Assembly (NCBI GenBank): GCA_951406725.2 | Contig: OX597815.1 | Coordinates: 8,618,001 to 8,682,000, forward strand | Direction: 5' to 3' | Length of the DNA: 64,000 nucleotides | Source: Octopus vulgaris | Taxonomy: Eukaryota | In this document: piece by piece, positions 12,861-24,965 of the stretch | Layout: each line of letters starts with the position of its first letter | Position numbering within the stretch: the stretch's first letter is position 1 | The notes under the pieces: generated by a model | What the model was told of the DNA's origin: nothing | Database searches by the model: none | What the model saw: only the letters and a program-made list of their open reading frames with translations | Position numbers and translations under genes: made by a program

Positions 12861-13243
12861 GGAGGTGCAATGGCTCAGTGGTTAGGGCAGCGGACTCACG
12901 GTCATAGGATAGCGGTTTCGATTCCCAGACCGGGCGTTGTGAGTGTTTATTGAGCGAAAACACCTAAAAGCTCCACGAGGCTCTGGCAGGGGATGGTGGC
13001 GATCCCTGCTGTACTCTTTCGCCACAACTTTCTCTCACTCCTACTTCCTGTTTCTGTTGTACCTGTATTTCAAAGGGCCGGCCTTGTCACTCTCTGTGTC
13101 GCGCTGAATATCTCCGAGAACTACGTTAAGGGTACACGTGTCTGTGGAGTGCTCAGCCACTTTCACGTTAATTTCACGAGCAGGCTGTTCCGTTGATTCG
13201 GATCAACCGGAACCCTCGTCGTCGTAACCGACGGAGTGCTTCC
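12861..13243 (+). mobile_element. tRNA-derived SINE, family B
   Basis: A box TGGCTCAGTGG, B box GTTTCGATTCC; TSD ttaccaatgtgt. Confidence 0.85.
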
Positions 13244-14704
13244 CCATTACCAATGTGTCCCATTGCCTTTCATTTCTACCAAATAATTTCCAGCATCCAT
13301 ACTTATTCGCTGATTGATTTGCTCATCTTTTCCAAATCCATATCCAGTGTTTGCCTTTTTGTTTTTTTAAGAGTATGGCTTACAGGAATAAGACTGATTT
13401 TATATTGTGAACGGGTTACCATTATTCTCTTGAGATATTCCTGTCTTTCTTTTAATTTTACCAAGTCTCTCTCTGTAGTGTGGTCGATTTCTCTTTAGTC
13501 TCTCTTCAATTTACATAAGTTAGATCTTTGCAGTTTTTTTTTCTTCTTTTGCTTCAATTCATTTGTTGTTACTGCTATCCTTAACTTGGGTTGACATCAC
13601 TGTTCCTGTTATTACCGTTGTCGTCGTCATCATTGTCGTCGTCGTCATCATCGTCGTCGTCGTCATCGTTGTCATCATCGTCATTGTCGTCGTCGTCGTC
13701 GTCGTCGTCATCATCATCATCATCATCATCATTGTCACCATCGTCGTCATCATCGTCTTCATCGTCGTCGTCGTCATCGTCGTCGTCATCATCATTGTCA
13801 TCATCGTCGTCGTCGTCGTCATCATCGTCATCGTCGTCATCATCATTGTCATCATCGTTGTCATCATCATTGTCGTCGTCATCATCGTCGTCGTCATCGT
13901 TGTCATCATTGTCGTCGTCGTCATCATTGTCGTCGTTGTCGTCGTCATCATCGTCATTGTCATCATCGTAATCGTCATCATCGTCGTCATCATCATCATT
14001 GTTGTCATCATCGTCGTCGTCGTAATCATTATCGTCATCATCATCATTGTCGTCATCATCGTCGTCGTCGTCATCATCATTATCGTCGTCATCATCATTA
14101 TCGTCATCATCGTCATTATCGTCATCATCATTATTGTTATCTACTTTTAGTCTGCATGCTCGTTACAAGCACTTATCAAGACACACTCAGCATCCTAGGG
14201 TGAATGAAGGATAAGAGATATTACAGAATGACTGAAAGCTTGGGGCGGGGAAAGTGGTAGGGGCAGTAGCAAAATATCTTTGTGTAAATACAACGCAGAC
14301 ATTTAAATTGATAGAGTTTTTCAAAGAATGTGAGTAGTATTTGTCAGCACAATCTTTTGGATTTCTCTGAGACATGATTCTCCTGGGATGTTACCTAGAT
14401 ACTTCCGACATCCCTTTTTTATCATACCTAGGGCACCTACGATAACAGGAACAGTTCTTGCCTTAAGATGCCACATCTTTTGTATTTCAATTTCCATGTC
14501 CTTACATTTACTTCATTTGTTAAATTCCTTTACAGATATATTTTTATCAGTGGGAACACTCATATCTATTAGCCTATTTTCTTCCCCGTCTTTAATAATT
14601 ATGTCTGGTCAATTAGCCTAGATCGTTCTGTTAGTGTTGATTGGAAAATCCCAGAAGATATTATTATTATTATTATTATTATTATAATCATTATCATCAT
14701 TATG

Positions 14705-15180
14705 AAGATAGCGAACTGGCAGAATCATTAGCATGCTGGACAAAATGCTTACTGGTATTTTGTCTATCTTTACATTCTGAGTTCAAATTCCACTGAGGTT
14801 AACTTTGCATTTCATTATTTTGGGAATGGTAAAATAAGTACCAGTTAATAATTGGGGCTGATGTAATCATCTATCCTCTCCTTGTAAATTTCAGGTCTTG
14901 TACCTTATAGCAGAGAGGATTATCATTATTATCAGTATTATTTTCCTTTTCTTTCAATACTGAGGTGGTGAGCTTGTGGTCTTGTTACCATGCCTAGACA
15001 AAATGCCTTGAGGAACTTTTTCTGACTCTTTATGTTCTGAGTTCGAATACCACTAAGGTCAACTTTGCTTTTCTTCCATTTGACTTTGATAAAATAAGTA
15101 CTAGTTGAGCACCAAAGTCAATGTAATTGACTTTCTACTCCTCTCAAAATTGCTGAACTTGAGCTAAAATTAAAAAGAAT
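14705..15180 (+). mobile_element. Two diverged family C SINEs
   Basis: Heads ...ctggcagaatcattagc / ggtggtgagc and ttctgagttc(a/g)aat, with a degenerate core. Confidence 0.55.
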
Positions 15181-15262
15181 TATTATCATCATTATTTCAT
15201 TTATGCACAACAGATTAGACAGTCGGGAAAAAATTCCTCACATTGGGATGCAACAAGTAATC

Positions 15263-15558
15263 TTAGATGCCAAGAACCCACCAAAGTATCCTTGCTGTCC
15301 CTAATAACACTGTTTTCTCCAGGTGTACTAGACTAGGTTTTATGCCCATTTCCTCGATCCACCTGTTCAAATCTTTAGGAATAGTCCCTAAGGCACCTAT
15401 TGCTACAAGGATACATTTTACCTTCACTTTCCATAGTTTCTGTAACTCAATGGCTAGGGCCAGGTACTTTCTTATTTTCTCCATACCTCACATTTTGACT
15501 TTTTCATCATTTGGGATTGTAAAGTCAATTACCTGGCACTTTCTATTCTCTTTGTCCT

Positions 15559-15605
<47 letters not shown>

Positions 15606-15980
15606 GCCGCCACCACCACTACTAAATCAGGCCTTCTAGCTTCTATTGCTCTGTTTGTTTGAATGTTAAGATTCCACAACATCTTATATTTCTTATTTTC
15701 TAGCACTTTACTAGGTTCATGTTCATACCACATATCAGTATGGTCAAATCCTAGCTTTCTACACAACTCCCAGTGGATTATTCTCCCTGGGTTGCCATGC
15801 CTTCTTGTATTCTTCATGTGCCAGCATACTACATTCGCTAACTATATGAGTAACACTCTCTTCTTTTGATTTACATAATCTACATTGGGAATCTATCTGA
15901 TTTTTTTGTCTATCTTAGCTTTTATCCTCTTAGTCCTCAATGCCTGATCTTGTGTTGCTACTAACAAATTTTCTGTCTCC
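15263..15980 (-). mobile_element. Decayed R4/Dong-clade non-LTR C-terminal fragment
   Basis: RH...IHWELC...WYEHEP...RRPDLV...IDFTIP...EKIRKYLALAIE...AIGALGTIP...LLGTARIL. Confidence 0.8.
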
Positions 15981-16411
15981 CTTTTATCATCATTATCATT
16001 ATTATTTGGTGGTGGATTGGCAATATCATTAGTATCAGTTTGTTGTATTGTAGTGTTACTTGTCCTGTATTACTTTGGCTTTGTATTTTACTATCCTGCT
16101 CAGATAAAAATTACCATTTCTTATTTTAAGCTTCTCTTTGTACATTCTAAAATTCTTTTTAGTTATTTGTGAGTGAATCTTGGATTACTCTTTTTACTAG
16201 TCAATTCTGTGATAATGCATGAAGTGTTTTGCTTGGCAATAATGAATGTTTTTATAATATTCAAGTATTTAGGTTAGATTAATTTCTGTCTAACTCATTA
16301 TTGCAAAGAAAAATTAATAATAATTTAACTATTTTATGTATTTGTTCTAAAACAAAATATTTCTGTTAAAAATACACATTCTCTCTCCCATTTTTTTCTT
16401 CTTTAATATAG

Positions 16412-16704
16412 GAAGCAAGCGTTAATGGCAAGATCTTTACAACAGGGATTAGACGATGATGCTTACGATGAAGATAGTGTAACCTTTCACCACCCTACGG
16501 ACATGATTCGGAAACCCCTTGTTCATTCTAAATCCTCAATACCTGTTAAAATGTATAAACTCCACAAGCTTTTGAGACGTAGAGCTCAGCAAAGGGGAGA
16601 AGACATAGAAGAGCCTGAGAAGAAAGCTGCTCCTCGTCCTAAACCTAGACCACCTAGTATACCAAATTACGAATCCAAAAAAATACCAGGATATTTAGTT
16701 AGTG
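16412..16704 (+). CDS. Coding exon of the same gene (WKQALMARSLQQGLDDD...KKIPGYLVS)
   Basis: Pyrimidine tract ttttttcttctttaatatag|G and donor AGTG|gtaagg. Phase 2 in, phase 1 out, matching both neighbours; no stops. Confidence 0.85.
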
Positions 16705-16777
16705 GTAAGGAATTATTTATTAACCATTATTAACAGCAAGTAGTCAATACGATTAACCATTAACTAATCTCCCTTTA

Positions 16778-17157
16778 GGAGGCGCAATGGCCCAGTGGTT
16801 AGGGCAGCGGACTCGCGGTCGGAGGATCACGGTTTCGATTCCCAGACCGGGCATTGTGAGTGTTTATTGAGCGAAAACACCTAAAGCTCCACGAAGCTCC
16901 GGCAGGGGATGGTGGTGATCCCTGCTGTACTCTTTCACTACAACTTTCTCTCACTCTTTCTTCCTGTTTCTCTTGTACCTGTATTTCAAAGGGCCGGCCT
17001 TGTCACACTCTGTGTCACGCTGAATCTCCTCGAGAACTACGTTAATGGTACACGTGTCTGTGGAGTGCTCAGCCACTTGCACGTTATTATCACGAGCAAG
17101 CTGTTCCGTTGATCGTATCAGCTGGGAACCTCATTGTCGAAACCGACGGAGTGCTCC
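16778..17157 (+). mobile_element. SINE family B inserted into one arm of a hairpin
   Basis: TSD aatctccctttag. Confidence 0.85.
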
Positions 17158-17539
17158 AAAATCTCCCTTTAGTAATTATTTAAATTTTTTTTTTTTTTTT
17201 AAATTTAAATAATTACTAAAGGGAGATTAGTTAATGGCTAATCGTACTGACTACTTGCTGTTGCAATAATTTCCTTGTGTTTCTGGGCAGAATGTCTTAT
17301 TCTTCCTCTAACTTTAGGGAGAAATAAATACTAGATCCGTAGAATGTTACCTGCTATAGAGAGATGCTTAGCCAGGAAAAGATGCCATCTGCTTTCATGT
17401 CATCAAACTGGAATAATTCATAGCTTCATGTCGATTCATCAGCAATATTTAGCTATAACTAAACACCCATGGATATAGTTCTCTGCCTTAAGCAGTGACA
17501 GCACTGTGAAGTTTATGTATTTGCTTAGTTATCTGAGAC

Positions 17540-17817
17540 AGACTCATGTCCTATTCGGTGGGAATTTTAGGCTCATGTCCTATTCGGTGGGAATTTTAGA
17601 CTCATGTCCTATTCGGTGGGAATTTTAGACTCGTGGGAATTTTAGACTCGTGTCCTATTCGGTGGGAATTTTAGACTCGTGTCCTATTCGGTGGGAATTT
17701 TAGACTCGTGTCCTATTCGGTGGGAATTTTAGACTCATGTCCTATTCGGTGGGAATTTTAGACTCATGTCCTATTCGGTGAGAATTTTAGACTCATGTCC
17801 TATTCGGTAGGAATTTT
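17540..17817. repeat. 29-bp minisatellite (about 10 units)
   Basis: Unit agactc(a/g)tgtcctattcggtgggaatttt. Confidence 0.9.
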
Positions 17818-18004
17818 GTCCCATTTGTTTAATGTTTCAGAAACTAGAATTAAGTATTTAATCAGCTGTCAGTATATGACAACTGTTTGCCAAAGGGAGG
17901 TTCTATACTCTATTATTATAATTTGGTTTATGGAATTAATAATTTTGAATGTTTCATAGAGAAAAGACACTTTCAGATAATTGATGAAGTTCTTTCAGAA
18001 TCAT

Positions 18005-18388
18005 GTTTTGATGTTTATCTCAGCAACTGTGCATCTTTGATAAGCTGTGCATAGGACACCTGGACTGGTGGTACGTAAAAAGCATGATCCGAATTGTGGC
18101 TGATGCCAGCGCTGCCTCGACTGGCTTCCGTGCCGGTGGCATGTAAAAAGCACCATCCGAATCGTGGCCGAAGCCAGTGCCGCCTCGACTGGCACCTGTG
18201 CGGGTGGCACGTAAAAAGCACCCACTACACTCACGGAGTGGTTGGCGTAAGGAAGGGCATCCAGCTGTAGAAACATTGCCTGATAAGACTGGAGCCTGGT
18301 GCAGCCATCTGGCTTCCCAGATCACCTGTCGAACCGTCCAACCCATGCTAGCATGGAGAACGGACGTTAAACGATGATGATGATGATG
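18005..18388 (+). mobile_element. Family D (RTE 3' UTR) copy
   Basis: Conserved block and (GAT)n tail. Confidence 0.7.
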
Positions 18389-18538
18389 TAGACCAAACAT
18401 TTTGAATCCTGTGGACTAATAATAGCATTTATAAGGTTAAAGGTTCTTCATGCTCCTCCCTGCCCCAATTGATGTAATTACAAACATAGAATCCCTTCAT
18501 CGTATGAATTTTTCAAATTTTACATGGAATTTCAACAG

Positions 18539-18658
18539 ATGCTTTCAAGAAACCGGATAAATCACATGAGAAATTCTTTAAGAGGTCTCTCCTGTCGAGC
18601 CGCGCTGCACCAACACCTACGCAACGACTTGTTGCTCATTTAGATGAGCCATCGAAAA
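18539..18658 (+). CDS. Coding exon (DAFKKPDKSHEKFFKRSLLSSRAAPTPTQRLVAHLDEPSK)
   Basis: ttcaacag|AT ... AAAA|gtaagt; 120 nt, phase 1-1, open. Confidence 0.8.
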
Positions 18659-18780
18659 GTAAGTAAACAGCATTCTAAAGGAAAGATGACTGAAGTGTTA
18701 ATAATTTTTGAATTATCAAAGAATTGTGAGTGGATTTGGTTGGCAGAAACTGATACAAATATGTTATATACATATATATA

Positions 18781-19632
18781 GGTGCAGGAATGGCTGTGTG
18801 GTAAGTAGCTTGCTTACCAGCCACACAGTTCCAGGTTCAGTCTCTCTGCGTAGCACCTTGGGCAAGTGTCTTCTACTATAGCTTCAGGCTAACCAAAGGC
18901 CAGTGGGTGGATTTGGTAGACAGAAACTGAAAGTAGCCTGTTGTGTGTATATATATATATATATAATATATTTAGGTCTAAAACAAACACCAGATTTTTT
19001 AGCCCTAAATATACACACGTATTAAAATTTTTTCCGATTTTTTATATGCTAGGCTACTGGTTTGAAATCGATATTAATTAAATTAATCTTCAATTTATCT
19101 CGCTCATTATATATATATATATATATATATATATAAGATAAGAAAATGGAGAAATACATCTAAATCAATTATCAATTACCGGATAATACTCAATCAAATA
19201 TTGGATATATGTTATCCCATGGAGGGTTGCATTTACAACCCCTATCTCAATTTTTATATATATATATATATATATATACATAGTTATATGTTTGTGTGTC
19301 TGTGCTTGTCCTCCACCACCATCACTTGACAACCGATGTTGGTGTGCTTACGTCTCCGTAACTTAGCGATTCGGCAAAAGAGACCAATAGAATAAGTACT
19401 AGGCTAACAAAGACTAAGTCCTGGGGTTGATTTCTTTGACTAAAAGATGGTGGTCCAGCATGGCTACAGTCAAATGACTGAAACAAATAAAAGAATATAT
19501 ATATATATATATAGGTGCAGGAGTGGCTGTATGGTAAGAAGCTTGCTTCCCAACCACATGGTTTCGGGTTCAGTCCCACTGTGAGGTGGTGCTCCAGCAT
19601 GGCCACAGTCAAATGACTGAAACAAGTAAAAG
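18781..19632 (+). mobile_element. SINE family A with insertions in its (TA)n, followed by an internally deleted copy
   Basis: Heads at 18781 and about 19514; tails gtcaaatgactgaaacaa. Confidence 0.7.
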
Positions 19633-20183
19633 GACAAATATGTATATGAGTGGGTATGAAACTAGATAGGTATGGCTGAGTGTGTGTGTTTGTATCACCT
19701 GGTCTTGACATTGTGTGATAGGTATAAGCAAGTATCACCATCATACAGGTGGTGTCTTCCAGTTCCGGTCTAGTGTGAAAATGTCACTGACCAGGGTAAA
19801 TATAAACTCGCTTGGAAACGTGTGTGAACTGGCGACAGGATGGGCGTCTAGCTATGGAGAATTTACCTCGACAAATTCTGCCTGATTCCTGCAAGCACGG
19901 GAAAGGAGATATGAAAATAACCTCCGGTATGACCACTGGCAAACTTTTGTAGATGATTCATTTCCTGTGAACCAGGATGATCAGATAACAATCTAATTTA
20001 TACAAAGCAGAAATATGAGGCAAATGAAATTAACTTTATTGACATTTTCTTCCACAAAATTTCTTATAACACTATTGAAATACCTTTTCCTGGCAAGTTT
20101 ATGTCAAGTCTTGCTAAATTGACAAGGTGGATTTGAGACATGGTAGAACTTAATAAATTCTTGCTATATTTAAGTTCACTTAA

Positions 20184-20406
20184 CCCTTTCATTACTGTAT
20201 TTATTTTGAGATGCTCTGTGTTTCTTTCAATTAATTTAAAATCTAACAAAGAATTTAGTAAAATAACTTAAGTTATCATTAAGCTTGTGTTAGGAACATT
20301 AATTGTGACAAAGGTTTGTTGGAAGATTTTAATTCAAAACTTATGAAAACAAGACATTTGTACTACAGAGCCAGAGGCGGTTTCAGCCGGGTTGGCAATG
20401 AAAGGG
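20184..20406. mobile_element. piggyBac-type MITE; monomer of the 169-bp satellite family
   Basis: TTAA-CCCTTTCATT ... AATGAAAGGG-TTAA. Confidence 0.8.
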
Positions 20407-20874
20407 TTAAAGGTCTTTATGGTAATACTACTTAACCAGAATTGTCAATAATTTATTCAAATTAACACAAGTACTTAGAGATATTTCACAAATTTTGTAG
20501 TCCTTTAACCCTCTTACTGCAGAAGCAGGTATATTTTACCTTTAATTACAGAAGCAGTTTTACATACTGGTCTATCTTTTGTTGAGGAATGTCATCTTTG
20601 AACCGATTTTTTGTTGCAATATGTCAAGTTTATTGAGACAATGTAACAATGTGTACCAATTCCATCTTTTAGTAGACGTTTAACCTTATTACTTGAATAA
20701 CCATGAGATTTAATTTTGCAGTAAGAGAGCTAATAAATTTATCAATTCTATAAGCTTCAGTTCTGTTTGATTGAAACTGGTTATATTTGCTAATGGTAAA
20801 TTTTACATGTATTTTGTCAAATTTTCACTGTTGAGGTCAGTAGGATATTGGTGTGCTAATACTAGCTATTTACC

Positions 20875-21342
20875 TTGGCTTCCGTGCCAGTGGCACATAA
20901 AAGGCACCATTCAAGTGTCATCGTTACCAGCATTACCTTACTGGCACTTGTGCCCATGCTAGTAGGGTGCTAAGAGCACCATCCGAGCGTGATCGTTGCC
21001 AGAGCAGCCAACTGGCTTCCATGCTGGTGGCACGTAAAAGGGCACCATTCGAGTGTGATCGTTACCAACGTCGCCTTACTGGCACCTGTGCCAGTGACCT
21101 GTGTAAAAAGATTCGAGCGAGGACATTGCCAGTACCGCCTGACTGGCCCCCGTGCTGGTGGCATGTAAAAAGCACCCACTACACTCTCGGACTGGTTGGT
21201 GTTAGGAAGGGCATCCAGCTGTAGAAACTCTGCCAGATCAAGATTGGAGCCTGGTGCAGCCATCTGGTTTGCCAGCCCTCAGGCAAAATCGTCCAACCCA
21301 TGCTAGCATGGAAAGCGGATGTTAAACGATGATGATGATGAT
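20875..21342 (+). mobile_element. Family D (RTE 3' UTR) copy
   Basis: Conserved block and (GAT)n tail. Confidence 0.7.
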
Positions 21343-21650
21343 GGTCACAAAAATATATATTTTCTAATTAGATTTAAGTAAATTTGAAAGTATGGACATT
21401 CAGAAACATTTGGCCATCTTCACTATAAGCTAACATTAATTTTTATTACCCTTCCCCACATAGACATTAACTCAGTTTTGCCATGTCAGTTCTTAGCACT
21501 TAATTCGTTTTTTTACACCAGACATAGTTTTTACTCTCAAGGATCCAATAAGGAAATAATTTTCTGAGGTTTATAATTAAGTTTAATCTTTATTTACCAA
21601 ATAATATGATGGAATTGATTAGTAAATATTAAAATTGTGCCTTTTCACAG

Positions 21651-21781
21651 ATCACAGAAAATGCTTTGAGTTAGAAAGTTCAGATAATTTGCCGACTGTC
21701 CTGTCAGCTTATGAAGTCGAAACACCTGTGGTGGGAGAATCTGCGTTACATACAAGAATGCCACAACTGACAGACCAACCA
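21651..21781 (+). CDS. Coding exon (NHRKCFELESSDNLPTVLSAYEVETPVVGESALHTRMPQLTDQP)
   Basis: cttttcacag|AT ... ACCA|gtaagt; phase 1 in, phase 0 out, open. Confidence 0.8.
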
Positions 21782-22157
21782 GTAAGTACACCTCTGATTA
21801 ATTCTCTATAATATACTGGCCGTTGTCTCCTGCTTATTTTATGACTTGGTCAGATAACCCTTCATATGTCCTACCCGAGTCATGGACATGGCACAAATAA
21901 ATTTTCAAAGGCTACAAAAGCCAAACCACACAATTACTGGCAATCTCTGTGGTGATATCACCGCCACAGCATGGCAACATTTTATCCTCCATAGATTAAT
22001 GTTGCTCTTTTGGACAAGAAAAATCTTCAGCTCCCAAAACATGCAAACTTTCTACAAAGTTCAAATGAGTGACACCTACAATGAAATTCTACGTGTGCAC
22101 TTGGAACGATATTGTTGCTGTATATGCAGACATCCTAGACTGCTTCCTCAAACATAC

Positions 22158-22372
22158 TCTCTCCCTCTCCCCCTCCCCTCCCTCACCCATTTTACTCCCA
22201 TCTCCCACCTCCTCCCCCACCCCTCCCTCCCTCTCTCCTCTCCTCTTCTCTCCTCCTCTTCTCTCCCCTCTCCGCTTCCTCTCCTCTCCTTCATCCCCTC
22301 CGCTCCCCTTCCTCTCCTCTCCCCTCCCCTCCTCTCCCCTCTCCCTCCTCATCTCCTCTTCTCTCCTCCTTT
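22158..22372. repeat. Polypyrimidine (CT-rich) low-complexity tract
   Basis: About 210 nt that are almost entirely C/T. Confidence 0.85.
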
Positions 22373-22712
22373 TGCAAAACAGAGATGCACCATGTGGTAG
22401 TATGACTTTGGCTGACAACGCCAGTCAGCACTCTGATATCTGAGAGTTGCAGCAAGTGTCCATGCTTGCTGTGTCATCCTCCTAATTGACCAGGCATTGC
22501 AAAGTCACTTTGCAAGTGATTGCGCAACCCTAAACATTTAGGCCCAATAAGGCTTTCACAGCACTTCATATAGTCTCCTCACCTTACTGACATGATCTAG
22601 AAATAAGGTAGGGTAAGATATCCGGTGCCAATATGGGTCACAAGTTCAGGAATGTGCGAGTGCTATGATCTCAAGCGCAAGCAAAAGACCCTTAAAATGT
22701 TCAATGTTGTTG

Positions 22713-22760
<48 letters not shown>

Positions 22761-23372
22761 TGTGTGTGTGTGTTACCATCATTATCATTATTTAGCCCAA
22801 AGCACTTTGGCACCACCTCTTGGTGGCTATATACTACTAATTCTATTCACTACCAAAACTCTTAACCACACCCTGACACCTGGTTCTTTTCATCTCCATC
22901 CTCTCTCCCAAAATTCTTGACCTTCTCAATTGGATACTCTTCATGAATTTTCCTTAGATTTTATATGCAAACAAACTATATTTGGAATACAAGATAATAT
23001 GATGGATTTTACATATGAATATTATGGATTATTACAGAAGACTAACCAAAGAAGTATATATGGATTTTAAGATTCTCATCAAAAGTGTTAATGTTAAATT
23101 TTTAATTTATATTTCAAACAAACACCATTTTACAGTTTTACTTCAAATTTTAAGAAAAAACTATCATTTGATATGCTATACAATATTCATATTTTATATC
23201 TCTGAAGAGCAGAAGCATCGTCCATAAATGCTTATCAATATAGGATTTCATTATAGGGACAACTCTTCTGTGAAACAACCATAAGATGCTTTAAATAATT
23301 AATTCAAAACTTTTAAACTATTATATATATTTATACATTATATTAATGCTCACACATATTTACATATATTTT

Positions 23373-23403
<31 letters not shown>

Positions 23404-23482
23404 TTTTAATACAACTATTTTCACACGGGTATATCTTTCTGAGGAGTTTTGATATTAATTTCCTTACATTAATAATAATAAT

Positions 23483-23536
<54 letters not shown>

Positions 23537-23893
23537 TATATCTGTACACACACACACATATGTAATTAATATTTAAAAAAAAAAACAAAGAAAAAGACAA
23601 GAAAAAACAACATGGCAAGGATGTGGTACACTCTGGGAAGAAAAGAAAGGGTGTTTTATGTTTTGAGCAAAGCTCTTCTTCAGAAGCAGGAGACAGAGGA
23701 ATGTCCAAAAGGAAAGGAAGATGGAGGTAAAAAAATCACCAACGATCCACAAGTAGTTACATTTTGGAATATACATACATATATTTATATACATATGTAC
23801 ATATATATTTACACACACACACGCACACGCGCACGCATGCTGTGTGCCTGTTTGCATGATACTGTCTTCTCATTTACCTGTCTATCTTTTTAG

Positions 23894-23948
23894 GTCTTGG
23901 TTATTATTGAGGATTACCAGGAACCTGTAGTTCCAAGTGAAGCACTGG
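23894..23948 (+). CDS. Small coding exon (VLVIIEDYQEPVVPSEAL)
   Basis: tctttttag|GTC ... CTGG|gtaaag; phase 0 in, phase 1 out, matching both neighbours. Confidence 0.75.
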
Positions 23949-24021
23949 GTAAAGTAAAACTCTTAATTTTCTTAGAACTACAAATAATAGAATGAAACTA
24001 TTATTACTGTTGGATTTTAGT

Positions 24022-24407
24022 GGAGGCGCAATGGCCCAGTGGTTAGGGCAGTGGACTCGCGGTCACAGGATCGTGGTTTCGATTCCCAGACCGGGCGTTG
24101 TGAGTGTTTATTGAGCGAAAACACCTAAAGCTCCACGAGGCTCTGGCAGGGGATGGTGGTGATCCCTGCTGTACTCTTTCACCATAACTTTCTCTCACTC
24201 TCACTTCCTGTTTCTGTTGTACCTGTATTTCAAAGGGCCGGCCTTGTCACTCTCTGTGTCACGCTGAATATCCCCGAGAACTACGTTAAGGGTACACGTG
24301 CCTGTGGAGTGCTCAGCCACTTACACGTTAATTTCACAAGCAGGCTGTTCCGTTCATTCGGATCAACCGGAACCCTCATCGTCGTAACCGACGGAGTGCT
24401 TCCATCC
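24022..24407 (+). mobile_element. SINE family B
   Basis: TSD actgttggattta. Confidence 0.85.
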
Positions 24408-24965
24408 ACTGTTGGATTTAAGGACATAGGAACATATATGCATTCCTATATTTTTATCTTTTTTTTCATATTTTTTTTCTCTCTGGTTCTTGTTTTTTTT
24501 TTATTATTTTTTGTTGTCTACCTTTCCAATGATCCTTATTTATTGTCTTTGTAACCAAAAACTGTCAGGCTTACCTACTGACATCTTGGCAAACATCTGC
24601 TGCTTCTAGTATCAATGCAAGAGAATTTCAAGTTCAATTAGACGAGGAATGGTTATGTTGCCAAGAATAGACATGAATGATGGGATCATTATTAATAATT
24701 TCTGGGCTTTATTGTCTGAGTATTTGTACATCTGTGTTGGATCTCATTCTCTTATCTCAGTTTCTTCATCTAACATGATTTTAGGGTTCTTAATTTTTCC
24801 TCCCTCTCTTCAGAAGTTATCCTGATGAAGTTTCCTCAGTAAAATCTCATATAGATTCTCTCATAACTCCAAATACTTTCTGCTGTAGAGTTTTTAGTTT
24901 CTTAACATTTGCAGTGTACAAAATGTAGTCGTCCTTATACAAAAGATGGTTGATTCTCTAACCTT

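Larger units (their letters stand above)
11849..14660 (-). mobile_element. Tandem decayed R4-like element fragments with (GAT/GAC)n tracts at 11849-11965 and 13617-14135
   Basis: A ~215-bp block is duplicated at 11975 and 14143, each next to a CAT/CGT tract. Minus-strand translation at 14380-14520 gives EIQKMWHLKARTVPVIVGALGMI. Confidence 0.6.

Noticed and set aside
12861-12935. tRNA genes at SINE heads
   Set aside because: A/B boxes continue into multi-copy SINE bodies with TSDs; no complete cloverleaf or terminator.
13559-14150. Poly-M/T, poly-V/I and poly-S ORFs
   Set aside because: Translations of a (CAT/CGT)n microsatellite.
17540-17817. 29-bp repeat as a CRISPR array (the 169-bp and 62-bp arrays were also considered)
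   Set aside because: Head-to-tail units without unique spacers, no cas genes, and a eukaryotic context.
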